Virus record (IMG/VR): IMGVR_UViG_3300020046_005360 | Source: a virus | Taxonomy: Duplodnaviria; Caudoviricetes | Direction: 5' to 3' (one strand) | DNA length: 64,000 bases | Shown: positions 1 to 9,199 of the stretch, piece after piece | How the letters are laid out: every line of letters begins with the position of its first letter | Numbering within the stretch: position 1 is the first letter of the stretch | Position numbers and translations under genes: made by a program | Notes under the pieces: model-generated | What the model was told of the DNA's origin: nothing | Databases searched by the model: none | Seen by the model: the letters and a program-made list of their open reading frames with translations, nothing else

Positions 1-328
1 TTCGGATTATACTAGCATTATTAGGTTGGATTACAACATTATTTACAGAAGAACCCGTTGAAGATGCTTCTAAATTTAGATAATTGTTTCTTATTTGGTA
101 TAGGTATACTTCATTACCGTAAGTTGTAACAGCTTCTTCGAAACATAAAAAGAACTGATCTGCCCCCATTTCTACATCTAGTGTAGGATATCCGAGTCTT
201 GATGCACAAAAATTAGCAACTTTTACCGCATCCGAGACGAATTGAGGATCATTATCATAGAAACCAAATGGTGTAGAGGACCCAGAGGTAAATATAGGAT
301 TACCAGTCCAAATCAATGAATTTGCCAT
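1..328 (-). CDS. Neck/head-completion protein, T4 gp13-like (5' part; runs off window)
   Basis: Own translation: MANSLIWTGNPIFTSGSSTPFGFYDND...CASRLGYPTLDVEMGADQFFLCFEEAV. The 'RLGxPxxxVE...DQ..C...A' pattern resembles the gp13 N-terminus; lies downstream of capsid/PhoH. Not in the ORF track because it is truncated. Confidence 0.65.
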   Translation of the reverse strand, partial: MANSLIWTGNPIFTSGSSTPFGFYDNDPQFVSDAVKVANFCASRLGYPTLDVEMGADQFFLCFEEAVTTYGNEVYLYQIRNNYLNLEASSTGSSVNNVVIQPNNASIIR

Positions 329-329
329 A

Positions 330-986
330 TTATATTATATTTCTTTTTATTTCTCTGTTATACTTACTACATAAAGGTTGAAGGTTAGTATAATGACTTA
401 ATTTAATTAATTCTTCCTCTGTTTTAGCACTACTTATTGGGATTATATGATCTAGATCCCAAGTTTTATTGAATTCTAAAATTCCATCTTTTGGATTACC
501 ATAATTTTCTAATTTCATCCAAGGTTCGAATTTAGATTCTATATAATCTTTAAAAATAACCCATTCACAACCTAATATTTGATAGGTTCTAGTTTTTTTC
601 GAATATCCCATATTACGAAAAGACTCATTAATTCTACAAGCAATTCTATTTTTTAATTTAAATAGGGGATCATTATTAGCTCTATTTCTAAAATATTCTC
701 TATCATACTCTTTCTTTTGGGGTTTTTGGAAAATCCTAATCTCTTTAAGTTCTTCAGAATGTTCTTTATTATATTGATTAGAATATTCTTTTATAGGAAC
801 CTCATTAATTTTATTATATTCTTTTCTATTTTCCCATATTTTTTCTTTATTATCTTCTTTATATTGTTTAGCACAAACTTTACATCTACCCGATAATCTA
901 TCTTTTTTAGATTTATCAGAATAAAAATTACTTAATTCTTTATCCTGTTTACAAATAACACATTGTTTCATATAAATAAATATCAT
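330..986 (-). CDS. HNH-type homing endonuclease-like protein (start may be 971, MKQCVIC)
   Basis: CxxC...CxxC N-terminus and C-terminal 'WDLDHIIP...HYTNLQPL'; paralogous to 1897..2484 and 16416..17036. Confidence 0.7.
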   Translation of the reverse strand: MIFIYMKQCVICKQDKELSNFYSDKSKKDRLSGRCKVCAKQYKEDNKEKIWENRKEYNKINEVPIKEYSNQYNKEHSEELKEIRIFQKPQKKEYDREYFRNRANNDPLFKLKNRIACRINESFRNMGYSKKTRTYQILGCEWVIFKDYIESKFEPWMKLENYGNPKDGILEFNKTWDLDHIIPISSAKTEEELIKLSHYTNLQPLCSKYNREIKRNII

Positions 987-1126
987 TAATCGAATCTTGA
1001 TGCACAGAATTTAGTTACTTTTACAGAATCTGCTATAAATTGTGGATCGTTGTCGTAAAATCCGAAAGGGGTTGAGGAACCGGAAGTAAAAACCGGATTA
1101 CCCATATATATTACACTATTGGCCAT
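986..1126 (-). pseudogene. Truncated, diverged duplicate of the neck-gene 5' end (46 aa)
   Basis: MANSVIYMGNPVFTSGSSTPFGFYDNDPQFIADSVKVTKFCASRFD* aligns without gaps to the first 44 aa of the gene starting at 328. Confidence 0.9.
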
Positions 1127-1156
1127 GTTTTATTTTCGTATAAATATTGAAAAGTA

Positions 1157-1176
1157 AAGGCACCTAGCGGTGCCTT
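1157..1176 (-). terminator. Intrinsic terminator after phoH
   Basis: Stem AAGGCACC/GGTGCCTT with 4-nt loop, followed by TACTTTT on the minus strand. Confidence 0.7.
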
Positions 1177-1185
1177 ATTTAATCT

Positions 1186-1836
1186 TTATTTTCCATATAT
1201 ATAATCTAATATATCTCCTACTATACCACTTCTATGGTTTTCTTTAAGTTTAATATGTTCTATACCTTTAATATGTTTAGATAATTCTATTGCGAAGTCT
1301 AAACCTGTAACTCCTTCATTCGTATCTCTTTGAGATGAATCTCCATTTATTATTATTTTCCCTGATACCCCCAGGCGAGTTAAAATAGCTTCCATTTCAG
1401 CTTTAGTCAAGTTTTGAGCTTCTTCCACAATTAAAATATCATCAACTGTTTTACCTCGAATGAATTGTATTGGGAGGGCTTGTATCTTTCCTGCTTTAAC
1501 AAATTCATCTATTTTAAGTCTGTCAGTACATTTATATAAATTTTCAATTAAAGCTTCCATATATGGATTGAATTTATCTTTTAAATCTCCAGGAAGAAAA
1601 CCTAAACTTTTTCCAACTTCAATTGCACTTCTAGATACAAGTATTTTGTCGATCTGTTTTGTGTTTAGAAAATCTAGTGCTGTAATAGATCCAACTAAAG
1701 ATTTTCCAGATCCTGCTCTACCTGTAATTATAACTATTTGATTTTCTAAAATTAATCTTTTTGCTTCTTTCTGTTCTTCATTTAATTGAATGTTGTACTT
1801 AATTTCACTTTTACGAGGGCGATTAGGTTCTTTCAT
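1186..1836 (-). CDS. phoH: PhoH-family ATPase
   Basis: Walker A GRAGSGKS, LGFLPG, IRGKT, EEAQN and GDSSQRD motifs. Confidence 0.95.
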   Translation of the reverse strand: MKEPNRPRKSEIKYNIQLNEEQKEAKRLILENQIVIITGRAGSGKSLVGSITALDFLNTKQIDKILVSRSAIEVGKSLGFLPGDLKDKFNPYMEALIENLYKCTDRLKIDEFVKAGKIQALPIQFIRGKTVDDILIVEEAQNLTKAEMEAILTRLGVSGKIIINGDSSQRDTNEGVTGLDFAIELSKHIKGIEHIKLKENHRSGIVGDILDYIYGK

Positions 1837-1896
1837 GTAATTATTTTTAGTTAGACATTTGTCTTATATAAATATTAACGTACAAAAAGAATATTG

Positions 1897-2484
1897 TTAA
1901 TCCAAATAAGTACCTGATTTTTCTCTATTATCTTGCTTAGTAAGTGGTTGGGTGTTTTCGAAATGGAAACATAGATACATTTCTTGTTCATCAAGTAAGT
2001 TGAATTTGCATATAGGTTTGATGTGGTCTATTTCCCAGTAGGTACCATAGTTGTCCCAGGACATTTCCGAAGTGAATTTGGATTCGAGGTAGAGAGTGTA
2101 GTCACTGATGTTACATCCCAAATATTGTTCTGTACTTCTGTCCTTACCGTCTTTTAATCCGTTGTATATTCTTACTCTAATAGATTCTTTAAGTCTTACT
2201 AGTGGATCTTTACGACGTTCTCTAGCTCTTTCTGTTAATTTTTGAGTGCGAATTGCTTTCTTTTCAGGTGATAAATTAGCTAGTCTGTCTTTATGATAAT
2301 TCCCATTATATTTGTTTTTATTTTGAGTCTTTTGACAAATTTTACAGGGAAAAGTATGACCATTTTTATGTGATGGATGTTTGGATTTATAATACCCATC
2401 TAATGAATAGTCGTTCTTACATTTAGTGCATGTTATTAATTCCATTTTTATTGGTAATATACAAAAAGAGGCTTGGATATCCAA
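1897..2484 (-). CDS. HNH-type homing endonuclease-like protein (true start probably MELITC near 2445)
   Basis: CxxC pairs and 'WDNYGTYWEIDHIKP...HFENTQPL'. The annotated start overlaps the capsid terminator. Confidence 0.7.
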   Translation of the reverse strand: MDIQASFCILPIKMELITCTKCKNDYSLDGYYKSKHPSHKNGHTFPCKICQKTQNKNKYNGNYHKDRLANLSPEKKAIRTQKLTERARERRKDPLVRLKESIRVRIYNGLKDGKDRSTEQYLGCNISDYTLYLESKFTSEMSWDNYGTYWEIDHIKPICKFNLLDEQEMYLCFHFENTQPLTKQDNREKSGTYLD

Positions 2485-2490
2485 GCCTCT
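2467..2490 (-). terminator. Terminator of the major capsid gene
   Basis: Perfect inverted repeat AGAGGCTTGGATATCCAAGCCTCT followed by TTTTG on the minus strand. Confidence 0.85.
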
Positions 2491-2512
2491 AATTTTTATT
2501 CTATTTTATCTC

Positions 2513-4153
2513 TTAGATTGAGTTCAAGTCTGCGACCAGAATTTTACCATAGAACTCAGGACGAACCATTTTCTTAGCGTATCTTGTCATAATACCTTTC
2601 CTAGGTGTAAATGTTTCAGGATCGTATACTAATGGAGTAGTCATTACTGGAATATATGGTGCATATACAGCTCCAGTTTCCAAGAATTGATTACCTTTGA
2701 ATCCCATTAATATCGTATTCTCAGTCATATATGGGTTTTTGTAAACTTTATAACGAGAATTAATAGCTCCTACTTTTTGTACACCGAATGCGTAAGATGA
2801 TTTTTCAACACTACCATCTGTATCTGCTGCAAATCCGGGGATTGATTCAAGTACAGTAGCAACTGTTGGAGATACTACCATGAAGTTAGCACCACCTCTT
2901 AAAGTTTTCTGATGGATTGCATTAGAAACTTTTTGCATTTTAATACCTAGTGTTTGGAACCAAGACATTTTAGTGTAATATAAACCTGCGTTATTTACAT
3001 TTGTAAATCCACTTCCAGTATAATCTTGACCTACTTTAGCTGACCAATATTCTGTTGTTGGAGCGTTTTGGATTAACATATCCAAGATTTCCATATCAAT
3101 CTCTAGTGAGATGTATTCTGACATTAAACCAGTAACCTCAGCCTCAGCATCGATTGATTGGAATGCATTTAAATCTTGAGAGAACTCTGGAGTCCAGCTT
3201 GCTTTTAATTTTTTAGTTTTAGCAGCAATTGTATCAGATTTCATTTGGATATTGAATTCTGGGATAACGATATCTGTTGCAGAAGCAGCATTAGGAATTG
3301 AGAATGTACCTGCTGTACTATCTTCATAATCACCTCTGTTATTATCTTTAGTTTGTTTATTATATAAAACTGAAGCTGCTGTTAAAGTAACTGAACCAGT
3401 ATAGTAGAAATCTACTGTACCTGCAGCTGTTAATCTTGTATAATTTTGTAATAAGTTTACTGGATTAACACCTGAACCTGATACTACAAACGCTCTTACT
3501 CCGTTTACATCAAATGATGTTAATGAAGAAGTTGCTACTGAAACTTTATAGATTTGACCTGCAGCAATAGAAGCTGATACAGCTGAATCATAATTTACAT
3601 CTGCTAATGTAAGTGAAGATGATGCTACAGTTCCTGAAAATACTCCAGAAGCTGATGCTATTGCGAATTGGTTAGTTGAGTAACCAAACTTACCTGCACC
3701 ATATAAACCACCATCTGCGTCATTTGAGAAGATATTATTTTGGCTGTTTTTACCATATAATGAATCTCCTGCGTTAAATGGGGATTTTGTGTTACCATAT
3801 TGGAAATCTAAGAAGAAGATTAAACCTGCTGGTAAAGACATTGGTTGAACAGAAACGAATTCTTTAGCGGCGATTTGACCAAATACTTTACGTACTAATG
3901 GTAATGCAACGGCTGCGTATTGTTCTCCATTACCTGCTGTGAATGTAGCTCCACCTTGGTTTGTTGTATTGCTCTCTCTTACTAATTGCTTAGCTTGATT
4001 TTCTAGCAACTGAGCCATGTGTGCTTTTTCTGTGGTATTTTCGATACCTTCTAATAGACCTGATTTGGCCCATTTACCTGCTAATTTCATAGCTCCAGTT
4101 AATTGAGCTTGATATGGATCTGCAGATTCTAATAATTGTTGTACTACTGACAT
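2513..4153 (-). CDS. gp23: Major capsid protein, T4 gp23-like
   Basis: LLENQ, VQPMSLPAGLIF, KLKASWT.EFSQDL, YAPYIP and FTPRKGIMTRY motifs; follows protease and scaffold. Confidence 0.95.
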   Translation of the reverse strand: MSVVQQLLESADPYQAQLTGAMKLAGKWAKSGLLEGIENTTEKAHMAQLLENQAKQLVRESNTTNQGGATFTAGNGEQYAAVALPLVRKVFGQIAAKEFVSVQPMSLPAGLIFFLDFQYGNTKSPFNAGDSLYGKNSQNNIFSNDADGGLYGAGKFGYSTNQFAIASASGVFSGTVASSSLTLADVNYDSAVSASIAAGQIYKVSVATSSLTSFDVNGVRAFVVSGSGVNPVNLLQNYTRLTAAGTVDFYYTGSVTLTAASVLYNKQTKDNNRGDYEDSTAGTFSIPNAASATDIVIPEFNIQMKSDTIAAKTKKLKASWTPEFSQDLNAFQSIDAEAEVTGLMSEYISLEIDMEILDMLIQNAPTTEYWSAKVGQDYTGSGFTNVNNAGLYYTKMSWFQTLGIKMQKVSNAIHQKTLRGGANFMVVSPTVATVLESIPGFAADTDGSVEKSSYAFGVQKVGAINSRYKVYKNPYMTENTILMGFKGNQFLETGAVYAPYIPVMTTPLVYDPETFTPRKGIMTRYAKKMVRPEFYGKILVADLNSI

Positions 4154-4179
4154 AGGTTTTGTTTAATTATATTTTATTT

Positions 4180-5283
4180 TTATTTTACGATACCAGCTAA
4201 TTGTTGCATTCTAAGTACAAAATCACTTTCTTGTGTTGTTACTTGTTCGTTTAATGCTCTTGGAGAAGAACCCGCTGGTCTTGAAGCGCTTCCTCTGTTT
4301 TCTCTTAATTGAGTAGTTGGCGTTGTGATTAGAGATTCTTTTAATGTTAAGAAAATATTCTTAGTTTCATTAATATTTCTTCCTCTGTCTAATGCATTAA
4401 CTACTTTTACTTTTTGAGATTCTGTTAAATTTTTAGCTTTAAATATTTTATTTACATATAAAAGTTTAGAATTTAACAAATTCATTTCATTAAGTGATTT
4501 TCTTTGTTCTGCTATCACTTTTTTAGCCTCTTGGAGTTCAGTTGATTCTGCTCTTAATGCGGATCCGGCTGCTGATCCTCCTGCGGCTAATTCTGCTTTA
4601 ATTTTAGCTAATACTTTAGGTCCGGCTTTTTTGATCATTGCAATGATATTATCTAATCCAGCGGCTGCTGTATTTGCAGGATCAATTGATCCACCACCCA
4701 TTTCAGATAAAACTTCATCTAAATTAATATCTTCTTCTTCACTTTCTTCTGACTCAGGTTCAAATTCTACTTCACCTTCATCTTCAAATTCTCCTTCAGG
4801 CTCTTCTTCACTTAATTCTAGTTGAACTTGACGAATAATATCTTTAAGTTCATCCACTGTAATTTCACCTACAACATCATCACCTTCAGCGTCTTCTTCT
4901 AATTCTAAACCTTCTGCTCTTAGTGCCGTACCTGCTGCTGCTCCTCCTGCTTCTAATTCTTTTTTAATTTTAGCTAAGATACCTGGAGTTTTTGCTGCTG
5001 CTCCTTTAATCATTGAGATTAAATTATCCAATCCAGCTGCTGCTGCACCAGAAGGTTCTTGCATCGCTTCATCAACGGCTCCTTCTTGTCCTTCTAATTC
5101 GTTAAGTAATTCATCTAAAGATACTTCTGATTCTTCTTCCATTTCATTTAATTGGCTTGAAAGCATACTTTTAATTTGTGGGGCGAACGATTCAGCCATA
5201 GCTAATTTAGCATTACTAAATGCGGTTTCTCTAATTTCTTTTGCTTCTGCTACTGCGTCTGCAAAAAGTTTTGGTTTTGACAT
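4180..5283 (-). CDS. Prohead core/scaffolding protein
   Basis: Acidic, coiled-coil protein between protease and capsid; many L/I-x-E sites; internal ~40-aa duplication; ends RMQQLAGIVK. Confidence 0.8.
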   Translation of the reverse strand: MSKPKLFADAVAEAKEIRETAFSNAKLAMAESFAPQIKSMLSSQLNEMEEESEVSLDELLNELEGQEGAVDEAMQEPSGAAAAGLDNLISMIKGAAAKTPGILAKIKKELEAGGAAAGTALRAEGLELEEDAEGDDVVGEITVDELKDIIRQVQLELSEEEPEGEFEDEGEVEFEPESEESEEEDINLDEVLSEMGGGSIDPANTAAAGLDNIIAMIKKAGPKVLAKIKAELAAGGSAAGSALRAESTELQEAKKVIAEQRKSLNEMNLLNSKLLYVNKIFKAKNLTESQKVKVVNALDRGRNINETKNIFLTLKESLITTPTTQLRENRGSASRPAGSSPRALNEQVTTQESDFVLRMQQLAGIVK

Positions 5284-5424
5284 TAAAATTTATTTTGATT
5301 TTTGATTACTTATTGAGAAAGTAATATAGGAAGTGTTTATTGAGGGAGATCATAATAAGGAATGATCTATCTTATAGTCATAAATATATAAAAAGAGTTC
5401 AAAAACAAAAGAAAGGAAAAAGAA

Positions 5425-5447
5425 ACGCATCCCTTTTGAGGATGCGT
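5425..5447 (-). terminator. Terminator after the prohead protease gene
   Basis: Stem ACGCATCC/GGATGCGT followed by a T-rich tract on the minus strand. Confidence 0.7.
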
Positions 5448-5478
5448 CAATCTATAAATACTATTTATAGGGTGGTTA

Positions 5479-6099
5479 TTATCTTAAGCAGCACATTCCT
5501 GTCTGAGAGCAAACAATTTCTGATATTATTTCGTTTAATTTATCGTATTTAGAATTAGTTTTTGGTATATAATTTTCATTAAGACCTAAAGGTTTAACGA
5601 ATGCTCCTTGTGTTGATGGTTCTGATACTATATCCCAACAAACTAAAGAAAGGTCGTCTTGAACTTCTACAGTACCTTCACCTAAACTTTGCACTGAACC
5701 CATAGCTCTAGATGATATACCTATTTGCACTCCACCTTTTACTAATGCTTTTACTATATTACCTGAAGGGGTGTCTAATATTAAAAGCTTAGCTTTTACA
5801 TCATCTCCATCCCACCAAACCTCTGTTATTCTGTGGCAAACGTTTTTTAAATTGACAACTTGACTATCAGGGTGATCTAATTCTCCTGTTGCTCTATTTT
5901 CAACAACGGGACCATTTTTATAGTTTTCAATTTCTCTTTCAAGTATATTTTTGGGGTAAATCCTTCCATTTTGATTTTTAGCATCAGCACGTTGAATAAT
6001 ACCTTCAAGAATTAAATCACCACTATTATGTTTAATACTCTCATTAATAGATTTAGGGTCGAGTTTAAGTGGAAAGTGTTCTATTAATAATTGCTTCAT
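5479..6099 (-). CDS. gp21: Prohead protease, T4 gp21-like
   Basis: NGRIYP, GELDHP (catalytic His), GISSRAMGS (catalytic Ser) and DIVSEPS motifs. Confidence 0.93.
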   Translation of the reverse strand: MKQLLIEHFPLKLDPKSINESIKHNSGDLILEGIIQRADAKNQNGRIYPKNILEREIENYKNGPVVENRATGELDHPDSQVVNLKNVCHRITEVWWDGDDVKAKLLILDTPSGNIVKALVKGGVQIGISSRAMGSVQSLGEGTVEVQDDLSLVCWDIVSEPSTQGAFVKPLGLNENYIPKTNSKYDKLNEIISEIVCSQTGMCCLR

Positions 6100-7337
6100 T
6101 ATACTCTACTTTTAGTTAATTGAACGCCTTTAGTTCTAGCATTATTTATTATACCAGCAGCTTCATTATCATCTTTAGCATATTGAACATTACCCGCTTT
6201 ATCTTTTACCACAACAGCTTCTTCCATACCATATTTACCACTTGTAATTTTATTTAATTCAGTAGCAATTTCATCTAAGACATCATCATCTTCTAAATCA
6301 TGTTCAGTTAATCCCCAATCTTCAACTATTTGTCCTACAATTTTTCTTTGTTGAGGAGTTAATTCATCTAAATCTAATTCAGGAGCTCTTTCACAATCAG
6401 AACATTCTTCTCCTTCTAAATCCTCTTTTAAACTATTCATTAGTTTATACATTTCAGGAACATCATCTTCCTCCCAAATTTCCATATCTATCATATAATC
6501 TACCAAATCATCCCAACTATTTATAGATAAGACATCTTCATCTTCATTTTCTTGCGAAATTAAATTTTTAAAATTTTGAAACTTTAAAGGATTATTTACT
6601 TTTATTTCTTTTAATTTTTTATTTTGACTTATAAGTTGTTTTCCCCCTGCTTGTTGATTATTATTAAATGTAAATAATATATCTCCTTCATAACCATCTT
6701 CTATATTTTCTATTTTTACATCATAAGGTTTTCCTAATCGTACTCCAAGTATTCTATCCCCAATTTGAACTTTAGAAGGATCAAAATCTGGTATATATTT
6801 ATTTAATTTCCATATCTTGTTGGGGGTATTTACTTTTATTTCTTTTAATTTTTTTAATTGATTTGGAGCAGTAAAGTCTTTTTTTAATTCTTCTGGTCTA
6901 AGATTTTCTTTCTCTGTTTTTTTCTCAGCATCAGAATAACATTTTTTAGTGTAGTAGTAAGGGTCAGAAGTAAGATTTTTTAATACTTTACGTTGTGTTG
7001 AAACCATTTCTTCTTCTGTAGGCATGTTTTGACCAACAGCAAGTTGAGTTAATTCCAATTCATAGTTGATTCCTTTTCCATATTCGTATGGTGAAACTTG
7101 GTCAATCGTAAAAGATTCAATTTCTGGTAGTTTAGGATTTTTATCTGCTTTATATTTTGGGACTAAATCCTTATTTTCGGTAATAATAGATTTTGATTTT
7201 AGAATTTGAATGGTGTCTTTCAACGAGTTAAATTTAGTAATCATAGGAAGTCTAGGATCACGACGTACTTCGTAAAGGAATTTTTCTTCGCTTATAATAC
7301 CCTGTACTAATTGATTATATAGTGTTTGTGCTGTCAT
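6099..7337 (-). CDS. Head-associated protein carrying two EIKVNxP modules
   Basis: Lies in the head cluster; KKLKEIKVNTP and KKLKEIKVNNP each start a distinct segment. Confidence 0.6.
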   Translation of the reverse strand: MTAQTLYNQLVQGIISEEKFLYEVRRDPRLPMITKFNSLKDTIQILKSKSIITENKDLVPKYKADKNPKLPEIESFTIDQVSPYEYGKGINYELELTQLAVGQNMPTEEEMVSTQRKVLKNLTSDPYYYTKKCYSDAEKKTEKENLRPEELKKDFTAPNQLKKLKEIKVNTPNKIWKLNKYIPDFDPSKVQIGDRILGVRLGKPYDVKIENIEDGYEGDILFTFNNNQQAGGKQLISQNKKLKEIKVNNPLKFQNFKNLISQENEDEDVLSINSWDDLVDYMIDMEIWEEDDVPEMYKLMNSLKEDLEGEECSDCERAPELDLDELTPQQRKIVGQIVEDWGLTEHDLEDDDVLDEIATELNKITSGKYGMEEAVVVKDKAGNVQYAKDDNEAAGIINNARTKGVQLTKSRV

Positions 7338-8332
7338 TTATTTTTGGTTTATTATTTTATTCAAATCTGAAATTAAATCTTTTTTATCTTGATTATCTAA
7401 TTCTTCCCACCATTGTCCTTGGTCTGCAAAAGTAGGGTACCCATACATTTCGAGAGTATTATCAGTTTCTTTTTCACTTACTTTATCCCCATCATCATTA
7501 ATTTACGTAAATCCTCAAGTTCTAAAGTGACTATATTAGGGTTATTTATTTTTATCTCGTTTATTTTAGAAATATTTGAAAATGCTTCTTTTAGTTTATT
7601 CTGAATTTTATATAATGAATCTTTAGTACGTTTTAGATATTCTATTTCCTGATCATTTTCCTGTAATTCACCTTTAATACGAGTAGTAAATTCAATAAGA
7701 CGATTTACTTCATCTAATTTTAATTGTATCTCTTTTATCGCGCGATGAAGGATTTCTCTTGGTTTAGGTTTAGAAGTAGATTTTTTAAATTGGGTGTAAC
7801 GAGATTCTGATAGTGTATTTTTTATTTGTAATGATTTGTTATTTTGTTGTAACCAATTTAATATCTTATTAACATCATTGGATTCGAATTCTGGTTCTGT
7901 TGTATAATCGTCTCCCGGTTTATTGAAATCGTAAATCTCAAATTCTCCATCAAATTGGTTTAAATCTTTATATCTTCTTATGACAATATTATCTTCTAAA
8001 AATATTTCACCTTGATCTTTTAGATTTAAAATAGCGTCTTTTAATTCTTGATTATTTGGATTATTAATTTTGATTTCTTCCAAATGTTCTCCTTTCCACA
8101 AATCTTTACTATTTAATCTATCTTTAGGGTCAACTATTTTAAACTTCATAGTTTTAGTATACATGTTTGGTTTAGGAGATGATTCGAATCCTGTTGGTGA
8201 GTTTTTATCTTTTTTGGTTGGTTTACGGAATGCTTTTTTAGTTAAATACCCTCCTGCGTCACCTGATGTAGATGTCTCTAGTAATTCACGGCAGTAGGCC
8301 TTGATTGAGGATTTTAAAATTTTATTATCCAC
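7338..8332 (-). CDS. Head-associated protein with two EIKINNP modules; last module apparently frameshifted (ORF as read is 7478..8332)
   Basis: The -1 frame from ~7500 reads NDDGDKVSEKETDNTLEMYGYPTFADQGQWWEELDNQDKKDLISDLNKIINQK*, ending flush with the next ATG. Confidence 0.6.
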
Positions 8333-9174
8333 TATAGTCTAGATATTTCTTTATTTAACTCAGTGTATTGAAGTAATGATACAACATAGTCGTCTTTCAT
8401 TTTTTTAGATTCAAGAATAGGGTCAATTAAACTAATTATCTCATTTACTTTTATAGTAACAACTTGATCATCAATTTTTGATCTGTTTTCTATTAAGTCT
8501 GATTTTAGTTTATTGAATTCTTTATTTATAAATTCTTTTAAAAATGAAGAGTTTGATATATTGTTGATATATGTTTTAAGTATATTCTTTTGATTTTTAT
8601 CTAACCCATCATATTTCTCGTTGAATTTTTCTAACATCACAGTATAGACTAGATGTCTTTCACCTTTCTCAAGATGAGATAATTCTTGATAAATTTGAGT
8701 TTCATTCTCTAATTTTTGTTCAACCAAATAATCAATTATATTATCTTTAGAAGATATTAATATATTAGGGTTTGGATTATCAACAAAATTGGATTCTATT
8801 AAAGTATATATTGAAGCCAATACTTTATAATTATCTAAAGATGCTTTAAAGAAATCTTCGATATCATATGAATTTTTTATCTCTTTAATTAAATTATATT
8901 TTTCACTATTTAATTTCTTTCTATCTAAACGTGAAGACAATTCTGATATCGTATTAATTACATTATTAGCTTTACTTTCTGTTAGATTTTGGGAGCTTAT
9001 TAAAGTTTGGTATAATCTATTTTCTTTAGATATTTCTGTATTGGTAAAATATTTTTTTAAAATACCGATAGCCTTAGACTCGTTTGTAGTAATAGTTTCG
9101 TTTGTGATTTTTCTTACTAGGAGTTCAAATAATATTCCAGAATTTTTGTACTTACTATGGGATATTTTATTCAT
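8332..9174 (-). CDS. Hypothetical protein in head cluster
   Basis: 280-aa helical ORF directly after portal, preceded by a TATTTATA motif. Confidence 0.6.
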   Translation of the reverse strand: MNKISHSKYKNSGILFELLVRKITNETITTNESKAIGILKKYFTNTEISKENRLYQTLISSQNLTESKANNVINTISELSSRLDRKKLNSEKYNLIKEIKNSYDIEDFFKASLDNYKVLASIYTLIESNFVDNPNPNILISSKDNIIDYLVEQKLENETQIYQELSHLEKGERHLVYTVMLEKFNEKYDGLDKNQKNILKTYINNISNSSFLKEFINKEFNKLKSDLIENRSKIDDQVVTIKVNEIISLIDPILESKKMKDDYVVSLLQYTELNKEISRL

Positions 9175-9199
9175 TAATATATCAATTTACTTATAAATA

